64,000 nucleotides of DNA, taken from the NCBI GenBank assembly GCA_964576615.1, contig CAZNUU010000001.1:95309-159308 (forward strand). Direction: 5' to 3'. Below, piece by piece: positions 18,198 to 27,275 of the stretch. This stretch comes from an uncultured Candidatus Saccharibacteria bacterium (GTDB lineage Bacteria; Patescibacteriota; Minisyncoccia; Phycocordibacterales; DATDWN01). The translations under genes were made by a program, and so were the position numbers. Within the stretch, counting starts at the first letter, position 1, and each line of letters begins with the position of its first letter. The notes below the pieces were generated by a model, which saw nothing but the letters and a program-made list of their open reading frames with translations, had not been told where the DNA came from and made no database searches.

Positions 18198-19676
18198 CTA
18201 TTGTGTAGCTACTACTTTTATTGTATCTCCTTCAGAAAGTCCAGATAAAACTTCCACCATTCCATCTTGACCCTTCAGACCAACAGTCACAGGAACTTCA
18301 GTAAAATTCTTACCGCTACCTTTTTCGACAAATGTGCCACTATCTCTAGTTACGATTGAGTACTGAGGAGCAATCAGAACATCATTTTTGGTGCCTGTAA
18401 TAATATCTAGCTTCGAGGTAAGCCCGCTTTTCATCTGGGGATATTTTTCACTAAATGCTACTGTCACTTTATAATTAACTACCCCATCGACAATGGTCTC
18501 GCCTGGTTCTATGTAAGTAACGACTCCCTTGAAAACTTCTCCTGGAAAAGCATCGAACTTTAATTCCACTGGATTGCCCAGAGCAACTTTGCCTATGTTT
18601 ATCTCAGAAACATTCGATTCAATCTCTAAATCATTGTCTGATATGACAGATATAACTGGCTTCCCCGCAGTAACAGTTTCTCCAACTTTTGCATCCTGAA
18701 TTGTGACTAGACCATTTTGAGGTGAAAATATTATTGTCTTTGAAATATCCGCTTGAACTTTTTTAACCTGAGCTTGCATTTGAAGCACCACTGCTTCTTG
18801 TGCTGAAATTGCCTCCGGAGTACTGCCACTTTGCTTTAAGGATAAATTCTTTTGAGCCAAGGTCAAAGCAGAGAGTGCAGAGTTATATGTTTCTTTTGCA
18901 GAAATCAAAGCACTTCTTGCAGATGATAAGTTTGATTTATAGCCATCTAGTGTCGTTTGGGAGAGTGAAGAGCTTGTGGTTTGGGTGTTAACTGCTTTAG
19001 CTACATTTTCAATCAAAGTCTGGATCTTTGATATTTTAGTATTGTTAATATTACTTCCTGTAAGAGTTATAAGTATACTCTCCACTTCCAGGCGGCCGGA
19101 TTGTATATCGTTTCTAAGCTGGGCATCCGAAAGTTGTAAATTGAAAACAGGCGAGGAGGAATGTGGGTTACTGAAAAGTCCATCTATGTCATTATTTACA
19201 ATATCAGTTGCTTTATCTACCAAACTTTTACCCGCATCATCAAAAGTAACCTGAGCATTTTCGACTTCTGTTTGAGCAATAGAAATTTCTTCTGGCCTGG
19301 TACCCTTTTTCAATTCATCCAGTCTAGCTTGTTCGCTCTGAAGATTAGCTTGGGCTTTTAGCAAATCAGCTTGTAGACTGCCCTGGGACAAAACAGCCAG
19401 AGTCTCACCCGCAAAAACTCTCGAGCCAATTTTTACATAACTGCCTGTAACTGTGCCAGAGACTTCAAAAGCCAAATCAACCGCATTTACTGGTTTTGTT
19501 TTACCATTAACAATGACTTTCTGGACCACATCACCTCTTTTAACCACAAAAAGTTCTGCTTTTTTACCGCCCACAAAGAATACCCGATAACCTAAAAGCA
19601 AAACTGCAGCAGCGATTATACTCGAAATAATATAGTGTGCTTTTACGAAATGTTGAACTTTTTTTACGTGTTTCAT
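18198..19676 (-). CDS. Periplasmic adaptor / membrane fusion protein (MacA/HlyD-like) of an ABC efflux system
   Basis: N-terminal TM helix, biotin-lipoyl-like segment, long coiled coil and beta-barrel C-terminus. Last gene of the permease-ATPase-adaptor operon. Confidence 0.75.
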   Translation of the reverse strand: MKHVKKVQHFVKAHYIISSIIAAAVLLLGYRVFFVGGKKAELFVVKRGDVVQKVIVNGKTKPVNAVDLAFEVSGTVTGSYVKIGSRVFAGETLAVLSQGSLQADLLKAQANLQSEQARLDELKKGTRPEEISIAQTEVENAQVTFDDAGKSLVDKATDIVNNDIDGLFSNPHSSSPVFNLQLSDAQLRNDIQSGRLEVESILITLTGSNINNTKISKIQTLIENVAKAVNTQTTSSSLSQTTLDGYKSNLSSARSALISAKETYNSALSALTLAQKNLSLKQSGSTPEAISAQEAVVLQMQAQVKKVQADISKTIIFSPQNGLVTIQDAKVGETVTAGKPVISVISDNDLEIESNVSEINIGKVALGNPVELKFDAFPGEVFKGVVTYIEPGETIVDGVVNYKVTVAFSEKYPQMKSGLTSKLDIITGTKNDVLIAPQYSIVTRDSGTFVEKGSGKNFTEVPVTVGLKGQDGMVEVLSGLSEGDTIKVVATQ

Positions 19677-19677
19677 T

Positions 19678-20388
19678 TTATTTTTTATTGATTATATCAG
19701 AAATAATTTTTCCATCCGACAGCAGAACTACCCGATCAGTGAGATCAGCATATTCCGGCTCATGAGTAACCATAACAATCGTCTGACCTTGCTTGTGAAG
19801 TTCCAGAAATGCATCCAGGACGCTTCTGGATGTCTCTGTATCAAGATTTGCAGTAGGCTCATCCGCAAAAATAATAGTTGGGTCATGTGCAATTGCCCGA
19901 GCTATTGCCACTCTTTGCTGTTCTCCACCTGAGAGTTGATTAGGCTTATTATAAAGTCTGTCTCCCAAGCCAACTTTATTAAGTGCAGTGATAGCCTTCT
20001 CCTCTGCTTCCTTTGCTTCCTCCCCTAGCATAAGAAGTGGTAAGAGAACATTTTCAAGCGAGTTCAACTCTGGGATTAGAGCATAATCCTGAAAAATGTA
20101 GCCTAACTTTTTTAATCTAAATTGAGTTCGGCTATCCGCATGAATCGAGGAAACATCGGTGCCAGCAATTTCGATAAAACCACTATTGGGATGATCCAAA
20201 AGTCCCATTTGATAAAGAAGAGTTGATTTACCTGAACCAGACTTTCCAGTTATGGAAAGAAATTGGCCCTTCGGCACAGTCAGGTCAAGATCTTTCAAGA
20301 CGAACAACTCGCCTTGTCCGCTCTTGTATGATTTCACTAAATTTTTTACTTTAATAATTTCCATATATTTACCTGCCCAAGATGGCAT
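19678..20388 (-). CDS. ABC transporter ATP-binding protein (MacB/LolD-like)
   Basis: Walker [10 protein letters not shown], signature [14 protein letters not shown] and Walker B IIFADEPT. Confidence 0.9.
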   Translation of the reverse strand: MPSWAGKYMEIIKVKNLVKSYKSGQGELFVLKDLDLTVPKGQFLSITGKSGSGKSTLLYQMGLLDHPNSGFIEIAGTDVSSIHADSRTQFRLKKLGYIFQDYALIPELNSLENVLLPLLMLGEEAKEAEEKAITALNKVGLGDRLYNKPNQLSGGEQQRVAIARAIAHDPTIIFADEPTANLDTETSRSVLDAFLELHKQGQTIVMVTHEPEYADLTDRVVLLSDGKIISDIINKK

Positions 20389-21631
20389 CGAGAGTATTTT
20401 GTTTTACAACCAGTCTCGCTGGAATATAGCCTGCAATGATAGTGGCTACAATGAGAAGAACGGCTCTCAAAGACGTGTTGTAGTACTCAGCCACAATAAT
20501 TCCATCACTAAATGGAAAATTAATCGGGTGAGCATTTACAAACGGCACCAGAAATCCATACAAGACAATCGCTCCACAAGAAACTCCCATCACGGCGTAA
20601 AATATTGATTGCAAAATGTATGAAATTTCTATAGCTCTAGAATCAATGCCAATGCCTTTTAGAATTCCAATAAATTTTCTGCGCGTAATTGCATTAATGT
20701 AGATAACAATAAAAATAGTAATCATTGCCACTGCCAAACCAATTGAACCAATGACATTTCCAAGTAGTGCAAACGTGTCCTTGATATCTTTCAAAAATTT
20801 AGGCAATGCCTCACCCGAAACTTGAACTCTGGCAGTATCTCCTACCCCACTTGAAAGCAAGGCATTCTTTACTAAATATGGATCTACCCCAGGTTTCGTT
20901 TTTATCGCAATTTCATCTACGTTATAGTCAGTTCGGCCAATAAGCGTGCGCATAGTCGAGTCAAGCATGAAAATCCTAATATCCAGTTCATCCACCTTAC
21001 TTTTTATCACACCTTTTATTGTTACCTCACGGGTATTACCCCCAATGGTAAGCCTGACCTGTGAGCCGACTTCCACCTTGTCTAGATTACTAAAAGCTGG
21101 AGACTCAAAGGCCAGGTACTTCTTTAAGAGATTTGCCCCAACCAAGATCGAATCTGTGTCGTCCTTATTTAAATATTGCCCTTCAATTATTTTGGATGAA
21201 AGATGAGTTGTGGCATCCTCCTTTTCTGGGTCAATACCTGCTACAAGTGCACCAGCTTCATTAGACTTTTCTGTAAAATCAATTCTCTCTTTGTATGTTC
21301 CCTCGATTTTTCCAGCTTCCACATACCGCGCAGAGTAATTCTCCGTCCAAGGCATGCCTTTAACAATTTCAATTATAGAAGGACTATTTTCGATATAATC
21401 TTTCTTCGGTAAATTAGAAATTAAGACATCACCAGAATAATGCTCCCGAAATGTGCTGGTTGAGCCCTCCAGTAATCCCACTAATACACCTCGAATTACC
21501 ACCAAGTTAAGAAAAGTCAGCATCATGACAAAAACAATAAGGGTAGTGGTACCTATGCTCGATCCTCGTATTTGTCTCCACGCAAGGAAAAAACCAAGCT
21601 TGATAGAAGTAAGGAGATTCTTAAAACGCAT
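20369..21631 (-). CDS. ABC transporter permease (FtsX/MacB-type)
   Basis: N-terminal TM helix, a large periplasmic domain and C-terminal FtsX-like helices. Overlaps the ATPase gene by 20 nt. Confidence 0.8.
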   Translation of the reverse strand: MRFKNLLTSIKLGFFLAWRQIRGSSIGTTTLIVFVMMLTFLNLVVIRGVLVGLLEGSTSTFREHYSGDVLISNLPKKDYIENSPSIIEIVKGMPWTENYSARYVEAGKIEGTYKERIDFTEKSNEAGALVAGIDPEKEDATTHLSSKIIEGQYLNKDDTDSILVGANLLKKYLAFESPAFSNLDKVEVGSQVRLTIGGNTREVTIKGVIKSKVDELDIRIFMLDSTMRTLIGRTDYNVDEIAIKTKPGVDPYLVKNALLSSGVGDTARVQVSGEALPKFLKDIKDTFALLGNVIGSIGLAVAMITIFIVIYINAITRRKFIGILKGIGIDSRAIEISYILQSIFYAVMGVSCGAIVLYGFLVPFVNAHPINFPFSDGIIVAEYYNTSLRAVLLIVATIIAGYIPARLVVKQNTLDAILGR

Positions 21632-21667
21632 TAGCCTACATTAACTCAAAATTAGCGTTTGGTCAAA

Positions 21668-22060
21668 CTAGTAAAGTCCCTTGCAGTTGCCCCCAGGTAC
21701 AAATCCAGCAGCCTTTGCCACAATGATCGAAGCAAAATGAATCTGGTTTTCTGGCTTTATTCTTTTAACTGTTCCGCACCAGGGATAATAGTATTTCTTG
21801 CCACTGCGTGAGCCTATAACCGGACCGTCCTTCGGAATCGGAGCTTCCACCTTTGGAATAACTTTTTCTGTCGAACTTGCCACACCCAAGACATCACTCG
21901 AGGAAGTTGCGATCACATTATTATATTCAATTTTAATGGGTGGACGGTGTTCTTCTGTGTACGAGAGCCTGCCGATTGCAAAGAAAATCGAAGCAACAAC
22001 CAAGATTAAAATAAGAGTATAGTATGGCTTTACTTTTTCAAGTATTTCATTTATACTCAT
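21668..22060 (-). CDS. Membrane-anchored protein with Ada Zn-binding-like C-terminal domain
   Basis: N-terminal TM helix. KYYYPWCGTVKRI...HFASIIVAKAAGFVPGGNC resembles the Ada metal-binding domain pattern. Confidence 0.5.
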   Translation of the reverse strand: MSINEILEKVKPYYTLILILVVASIFFAIGRLSYTEEHRPPIKIEYNNVIATSSSDVLGVASSTEKVIPKVEAPIPKDGPVIGSRSGKKYYYPWCGTVKRIKPENQIHFASIIVAKAAGFVPGGNCKGLY

Positions 22061-22079
22061 AGCGCTTTAATTATATACC

Positions 22080-22355
22080 ATGGCTCATAAGAAATCCGCA
22101 GGAACATCAAAAAACGGCCGGGATTCAAACCCAAAATACCTTGGGGTTAAATTAACCGATGGTGATATTGCAGAGGCCGGTTCGGTTTTAATCCGCCAGA
22201 GAGGTACGGATGTTTTGCCAGGACGCGGAGTTTCTATGGGCAGAGACCACACTATTTACGCCCTTGTTTCTGGGAAGGTTAGATTTAGTACAAAAAGAAA
22301 AACTCATTTTGATAATAGATCTGTCGTAAAGAAGACAATAAGTGTAGTTGCCTAA
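22080..22355 (+). CDS. rpmA: 50S ribosomal protein L27
   Basis: [24 protein letters not shown] is a canonical bL27 N-terminus. Confidence 0.95.
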   Translation: MAHKKSAGTSKNGRDSNPKYLGVKLTDGDIAEAGSVLIRQRGTDVLPGRGVSMGRDHTIYALVSGKVRFSTKRKTHFDNRSVVKKTISVVA

Positions 22356-22377
22356 GGGACTCGAACAAATTTCGGGA

Positions 22378-22417
22378 ATAAAAATGGTGCCGATTGCACC
22401 ATTTTTATTTTATTTTT
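22378..22417 (+). terminator. Intrinsic terminator of rpmA
   Basis: AAAAATGGTGC-CGATT-GCACCATTTTT stem followed by ATTTTATTTTT. Confidence 0.7.
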
Positions 22418-22422
22418 CTATA

Positions 22423-22450
22423 TTGACAAATTACGGTTTAGTGCTATAAT
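22423..22450 (+). promoter_or_regulatory. Consensus sigma70-like promoter of a GC-rich three-gene cassette
   Basis: TTGACA (22423-22428), a 16-nt spacer, then TATAAT (22445-22450). AAGGAGA SD lies before the GTG start at 22492. Confidence 0.5.
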
Positions 22451-22491
22451 ACACATAGATACGGGGTAAGTCCCCACAATCAAGGAGACAG

Positions 22492-22881
22492 GTGTTGAAA
22501 AGACACAAACGTGCATGGCGTGATCGAATCGGGCAGAAGTTCGTCGATCGACTGCCGGAAACGGTGGTCAAGGTCGGAAGTGACGAGTTCACTCGCCGTG
22601 ACCTAGTGATCGACGTTGAATCAGCCAACTTCCAGGCGGCTGCCGCTCTGGACGAGGCGATTCAGCACTTCCATCCGAAGGGCGTCGTGGAAGTCTCGAA
22701 GAGAGTCGATCAGCACATGCTTCGCGCCCGTGGCTACATCGGAGATACCGCCATCTTCGTTTGGTGCGGAATTCTCGAAGCCAAAGGCGTGAACGTGGAT
22801 CGCTGGCTCGACCAGGACTTCACCGAACGCAACAAGGAACGCAGGCGTAGACGCCTCAAGCGTCGCAATCGCAAGCGCTGA
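22492..22881 (+). CDS. Hypothetical protein with Arg/Lys-rich C-terminal tail
   Basis: GC-rich, GTG start, SD present. C-terminus NKERRRRRLKRRNRKR. Confidence 0.5.
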   Translation: MLKRHKRAWRDRIGQKFVDRLPETVVKVGSDEFTRRDLVIDVESANFQAAAALDEAIQHFHPKGVVEVSKRVDQHMLRARGYIGDTAIFVWCGILEAKGVNVDRWLDQDFTERNKERRRRRLKRRNRKR

Positions 22882-22957
22882 CCGCCGAACATGAAGCCGC
22901 CGAACAGGCACTTCAGGTTCGGCGGTTTTCATATATAAAATTTAGTTTACAAGCCTT

Positions 22958-23347
22958 TTGTACCATGCTAGTTTGATTTACGGAGGGCTCATGCCTAAAA
23001 TCGATATTCTGTTCGTCGTGGCTCTGGCACTTTACTCAATCGCGATCTGGTCAGCCAACCAGACCCGGATTGGCCTTTCACCTTTGAAGGTCATCGTCTT
23101 CGGACTCGCACTTGTCGCTGACTACACCGGCACTGTTGTCGTCTGCATGACGGCAAAAAACTGGTCTTGGAACGCTCATGCCATCCTGGGCTTCACTGCG
23201 CTAGGAATCATGGTCGTTCACTTCCTCATTGCTTTCTGGGCTGTCCTAGGAAACGAGGATGCCAAGTGGAAGTTCGAGAAGTATTCCATCCCAGCCTGGT
23301 TCCTGTGGCTAATCACATTCCTGAGTGGCATCTTTGTCCAGAGGTGA
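22958..23347 (+). CDS. Hypothetical four-helix membrane protein
   Basis: Four hydrophobic helices. Moderately GC-rich. Confidence 0.5.
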   Translation: MYHASLIYGGLMPKIDILFVVALALYSIAIWSANQTRIGLSPLKVIVFGLALVADYTGTVVVCMTAKNWSWNAHAILGFTALGIMVVHFLIAFWAVLGNEDAKWKFEKYSIPAWFLWLITFLSGIFVQR

Positions 23348-23350
23348 CTT

Positions 23351-23545
23351 ATGGGACATTCCAGGCCAAGAGTCATCTGCGCAGTCTGTAACCTCTGGGT
23401 CTCAACAAGAAACAACAAAAGCCCAGAACCATCGCGGCATCTTTGCCCACACAGGCGAAGCTGTTCCGGTAAAGAGGTCAACTGTCCAGAATGCAGGAGG
23501 GCAATAGAAAAGAGAACCCGCCAATCCGAAGCAAAACCCGGGTGA
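23351..23545 (+). CDS. Small Zn-ribbon-like protein (two CxxC pairs), candidate
   Basis: GAGGTGA SD overlaps the upstream stop. CAVC...CPEC motifs. The terminator hairpin begins within its stop codon. Confidence 0.35.
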   Translation: MGHSRPRVICAVCNLWVSTRNNKSPEPSRHLCPHRRSCSGKEVNCPECRRAIEKRTRQSEAKPG

Positions 23546-23563
23546 CAGGCGGGTTTTGTGTTT
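23531..23563 (+). terminator. Intrinsic terminator
   Basis: AAACCCGGGTGACAGGCGGGTTT hairpin followed by TGTGTTT. Confidence 0.5.
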
Positions 23564-24005
23564 AGATAGATTCAACCACGACCTTAAATTCTGCTTTTTT
23601 ACCTTCGACTTCAAGACGAACAACATGTTCCCCTACTTCTTTAAGCGGTTTTGCAAGTTCTATCCATTCTGGATCAATATTTAAGTGAATCGACTTAAGT
23701 ATTTCCTCCGCCAGTATTTCTTTTGTAACCCCAGCAAATAAATGGCCTTTGTCATTTGCCTTTTCTTTTATGCGTAGAACAAGTTCTTTTATTTTGTCTA
23801 AATTTTTAGATAAAAGTTCCATTTGAACTCTCTTGCTATCGGTATCTTTGGCTTTCATTACCTCTATCCTTTGGACTGCTGCAGGAGTTGCTAACTGCGC
23901 AAGTTTTCTGGGAATAAGCATATTTAAAGCAAAGCCATCTGCTACATTTTTTATTTCGTATTTTCGTCCCACATTTGGAACATCTTTAATAAGAATGACT
24001 TTCAT
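23562..24005 (-). CDS. rplI: 50S ribosomal protein L9
   Basis: MKVILIKDVPNVGRKYEIKNVADGFALNMLIP is a canonical bL9 N-terminus. Confidence 0.9.
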   Translation of the reverse strand: MKVILIKDVPNVGRKYEIKNVADGFALNMLIPRKLAQLATPAAVQRIEVMKAKDTDSKRVQMELLSKNLDKIKELVLRIKEKANDKGHLFAGVTKEILAEEILKSIHLNIDPEWIELAKPLKEVGEHVVRLEVEGKKAEFKVVVESI

Positions 24006-24099
24006 GAAAACTAATATAACAAATATAATATAAATAGCTAATTTGGTGACAGAAAATAGCGCAAAACACGGGCCTGGCTTTCCTGTTATAATCTACCTC

Positions 24100-24756
24100 A
24101 TGAATAATACGGAAAAGCTGATAGAGATGTTTAAGGAATTTCCTGGAATAGGCCCGAGACAAGCAAAAAGATTTGTATACTTTCTCCTAAATAGAAGTTC
24201 TGGCTACTCTGAGAGTTTGGCTAGATTAATAATGGAGGTCAGATCAACGGTCCATAATTGTGATACCTGTTTTAGATTTTTCTCCCTAAACTCCAACGGA
24301 GTCGGGCGATCTGCTAAGGCAGATGTAGCCAACTCAAAAAATAAGACCTGCCCAATATGCCTAGACCAGAGTCGCGAAGACAGTTTACTTATGCTTGTTT
24401 CAAATGATGTCGATCTAGAAAATATAGAAAAAACAAAAGTCTACAATGGATATTATTTCGTCTTGGGGGGAAACATTCCAATCCTCGAAAAAAATCCTGA
24501 GAAAAGAATAAGACAAAGTGAGCTTTTAGATATTGTTGAGAAAAGAGTGAAAAATGGACTAAAGGAGATCGTAATCGCCCTCAATTATAATCCTGAAGGT
24601 GAAAACACTTTGAGTTATCTGGTGGAGATCTTAAAGCCACTTATCACTAAAAACAAAATTAAAATTTCCACACTTGGGCGAGGACTCTCAACGGGCACAG
24701 AACTGGAATACTCTGACACAGACACCATAAAAAACGCTTTCAAAAATAGACAGTAG
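24100..24756 (+). CDS. recR: Recombination protein RecR
   Basis: HhH FPGIGPRQAKRF, C4 zinc finger (CDTC...CPIC) and Toprim region. Start taken at the internal Met; the ORF track begins at 24043. Confidence 0.85.
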   Translation: MNNTEKLIEMFKEFPGIGPRQAKRFVYFLLNRSSGYSESLARLIMEVRSTVHNCDTCFRFFSLNSNGVGRSAKADVANSKNKTCPICLDQSREDSLLMLVSNDVDLENIEKTKVYNGYYFVLGGNIPILEKNPEKRIRQSELLDIVEKRVKNGLKEIVIALNYNPEGENTLSYLVEILKPLITKNKIKISTLGRGLSTGTELEYSDTDTIKNAFKNRQ

Positions 24757-24780
24757 TGCTAGTATAGAGCTGGAGGGACT

Positions 24781-24870
24781 GTGACCAAAACAAAAAAAGC
24801 GGCACAAACCGACGGCGAGATATATGTGAAGGCGATCAAGCCGATTCTTATCGGCAAGAGGAAAACCTGA
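24781..24870 (+). CDS. 29-aa micro-ORF, candidate leader or small protein
   Basis: GGAGGG SD 3 nt upstream of GTG 24781. Its TGA stop overlaps the ATG of the next gene (TGATG). Translation is MTKTKKAAQTDGEIYVKAIKPILIGKRKT. Confidence 0.3.
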   Translation: MTKTKKAAQTDGEIYVKAIKPILIGKRKT

Positions 24871-25064
24871 TGAAGCGATTCCCTGATTGGCCAGAAGACC
24901 CGGTTGGAGTGATCTCGGCCAAGTATGGCTGGGACCGCTCAACAACCTTGCAGAAGATCCGACGGACCAAGCAGATCCTGGGCCTCACATCCGTTTTCGA
25001 CGCAGCCGATTTCTTGCTGGCGACTTACATACCCAAGCAGGAAATCAGCATCAGCACCGAGTAA
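24870..25064 (+). CDS. Hypothetical small protein (GC-rich cassette)
   Basis: Translationally coupled to the micro-ORF. GC-rich. Terminator follows. Confidence 0.45.
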   Translation: MKRFPDWPEDPVGVISAKYGWDRSTTLQKIRRTKQILGLTSVFDAADFLLATYIPKQEISISTE

Positions 25065-25077
25065 GTGGATCCATTTG

Positions 25078-25122
25078 AAAAGGCGCCCCTTCTGGGGCGC
25101 CGAATTCGTTGTTTATTTATTG
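25078..25122 (+). terminator. Intrinsic terminator
   Basis: GGCGCCCC-TTCT-GGGGCGCC stem followed by a T-rich tract. Confidence 0.55.
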
Positions 25123-25155
25123 TCTTGAGTTTCGTAAAATAAAATTGGAGAGAAC

Positions 25156-25341
25156 ATGAGGTACAAAATACCTGACAGTGTGAGTCGAGTTGCTCGTCGC
25201 CATAGCTGGGGCAGAGCAACGGCAAGGCGGCGAATCGTTGCCTTTGCAAAGGACCATGGCTTTACGATTCTCGAAGCTATCGAATGTCTAATGGTCATCC
25301 AGCCCAGAAAGTTGGGCGAGAACCTAATTCTTCAGTTCTGA
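25156..25341 (+). CDS. Hypothetical small basic protein (GC-rich cassette)
   Basis: GGAGAGAAC SD before the ATG. Arg-rich sequence. Followed by a bidirectional terminator. Confidence 0.45.
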   Translation: MRYKIPDSVSRVARRHSWGRATARRRIVAFAKDHGFTILEAIECLMVIQPRKLGENLILQF

Positions 25342-25371
25342 AAAGGCACTCCGCGCGGAGTGCCAATTCAT
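25341..25371. terminator. Bidirectional terminator shared with rplU
   Basis: GGCACTCC-GCGC-GGAGTGCC stem with T-runs on both sides. Confidence 0.6.
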
Positions 25372-25686
25372 TTATTTTATTTCGCCAATCTTTACTTTAA
25401 AAAATGGTTGTCTGTGTCCCCTTCTTTTAAAATATCTGCTCTTTGGTCTGTATTTGATAACTTCAACTTTTTTATTTCTGCCAACTTCTTCTAGTGTTCC
25501 TGTAACTGTAGCTTTCAAATAAGGAGCGCCAATTGTTGTCTCTTTACCATCATCAATAAGCATGACTTTATCAAAAGTTACTTTATCGCCCACCTTGAAA
25601 TCACCTTTGATTTTCTCAATTTTTAGGGAGTCTCCGGGAGAGACTTTGTATTGTTTTCCGCCTGTGCTAATAATTGCAAATGTCAT
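25372..25686 (-). CDS. rplU: 50S ribosomal protein L21
   Basis: MTFAIISTGGKQYKVSPGD is a canonical bL21 N-terminus. Confidence 0.95.
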   Translation of the reverse strand: MTFAIISTGGKQYKVSPGDSLKIEKIKGDFKVGDKVTFDKVMLIDDGKETTIGAPYLKATVTGTLEEVGRNKKVEVIKYRPKSRYFKRRGHRQPFFKVKIGEIK

Positions 25687-25736
25687 ATTTAGTCCTATAA
25701 AACTACCAAATATGGCTTAAAATTGCAAGTATTTGG

Positions 25737-26774
25737 CTATTCCAAGTCTGGCTTGTCCAAAAGAGAGGGCTCAAATTCAATTGATTCCCCTGTTATACGA
25801 ACTACATCTTTGTCTATTTTTTTGAATTCTTTGTTTGAGTTGTTGTAGTGGTTCACAACAGTTCCGAGAGAAACACCGAGTTTGCTCTGGTATTCCTCGT
25901 AGCTTTTTAGGTGGTTCATCAGATTTACAATATTTTTTTGAATCTCCTTTGTCTTTTCTTCTATTTGCATTGCCTTAAGGCCTTGCAAAACTGTCTGCAG
26001 ATAAGCCAAGAAAGATGTTGGGGAAACAATGATGACTTTATACTTACCTGCGGCTCTTTGAATCAGATTTTCTGTATCATCTGTAACTGCACCGATTTTG
26101 TTTATGAGCAAATCATAATAAATCGCCTCGTGGGGAATAAACATAAAAGCAAACTCCATTGTCCCCTCTGCTGGTCGAATGTATTTTGCTGTTTCTTGGA
26201 TACGAAGTTTTAAATCATTTAGGAAAATCTTTTGCAGTCTTTCTTTTTCCGTAGAATCATTTGTTTCTGAAATACGGTTATAGTTCTCTAGCGAAAACTT
26301 TGAATCAATGGGGATGACTTTATCTTTAACAAAAACTGCTGCATCCACAATCTCACCATTTTTGAAAGCGTATTGCATCTGGTAACCACCAGGCGGTAAG
26401 ACATTTTTCAGCAGTGTTTCCAGATAATACTCACCCAAAACACCTCTTTGTTTTGGATTCTTTAGGATGTCTTGAAGATTCTGAAGTTGATCTGCAAAAG
26501 AAACAACTTGGCGGTTAGTCTCGTCTAACTTGGTGAGGCCCTTGGTTACTTCGCGAATTAGGTTTGCGGATTCGCCTAATTGCGACCTGACTGATTCATT
26601 CATTTGCTTTGTACTCTCGCCTATTTTTGAATCCACTACCCGGTTTAACTCGTTTATTTGCTCTAGAATGAGTTTGAGACCAGTTTCATCTCCCCCTTTT
26701 GGACGAAAAAAATAAACTAGGACTGCACCAACTGCAAAAGCCAGCAAAATTAGAATTATCGAAATACCATCCAT
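25737..26774 (-). CDS. rmuC: DNA recombination protein RmuC
   Basis: N-terminal TM helix, coiled coil and the conserved RmuC C-terminal region (FAFMFIPHEAIYYDLL). Confidence 0.85.
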   Translation of the reverse strand: MDGISIILILLAFAVGAVLVYFFRPKGGDETGLKLILEQINELNRVVDSKIGESTKQMNESVRSQLGESANLIREVTKGLTKLDETNRQVVSFADQLQNLQDILKNPKQRGVLGEYYLETLLKNVLPPGGYQMQYAFKNGEIVDAAVFVKDKVIPIDSKFSLENYNRISETNDSTEKERLQKIFLNDLKLRIQETAKYIRPAEGTMEFAFMFIPHEAIYYDLLINKIGAVTDDTENLIQRAAGKYKVIIVSPTSFLAYLQTVLQGLKAMQIEEKTKEIQKNIVNLMNHLKSYEEYQSKLGVSLGTVVNHYNNSNKEFKKIDKDVVRITGESIEFEPSLLDKPDLE

Positions 26775-26819
26775 AAGGCCATTCTACCAAAAAAGATATT
26801 GTTGTGATAATCTAGTCTA

Positions 26820-27275
26820 ATGTCATTACATACCCAAATAAAAGAAGAAATCAAGGAAGCGATGAAAGCCAAGGACTCTGTTCGACTGGGGGTAGTCAAA
26901 GGCCTGGTTGCTGCATTTACGAACGAACTTGTTAGCTTAAAGAGAATGCCAACTGAGGAGCTCCCAGACGAAGAAGCCTTAAATGTTATAAGGCGTGCAG
27001 TTAAGCAGAGAAAGGACTCGATTGAGCAGTTTGCTAAAGGTGGGCGTGAAGATCTAGTTTCAAACGAAAAATCAGAACTTGTAATTTTAGAGAGATACCT
27101 GCCTCAAATGATGTCGAAAGACGAAATCATGAAAGTCGCTCAGGCCAAAATGGCTGAGACGGGTGTAACTGACAAATCCAAAGCAGGACAATTTATGGGT
27201 ACACTTATGAAAGACCTCAAGGGTAAAGCGGATGGAGATGATGTAAAACGAGTTGTTGATGAGTTGCTAAAATAA
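26820..27275 (+). CDS. yqeY: GatB/YqeY domain protein
   Basis: Full-length similarity to the YqeY family (IKEEIKEAMKAKD ... GKADGDDVKRVVDELL). Confidence 0.85.
   Translation: MSLHTQIKEEIKEAMKAKDSVRLGVVKGLVAAFTNELVSLKRMPTEELPDEEALNVIRRAVKQRKDSIEQFAKGGREDLVSNEKSELVILERYLPQMMSKDEIMKVAQAKMAETGVTDKSKAGQFMGTLMKDLKGKADGDDVKRVVDELLK

Noticed and set aside
22621-22932. 103-aa minus-strand ORF opposite the 22492..22881 gene
   Set aside because: The promoter, SD and terminator all support the plus-strand gene.
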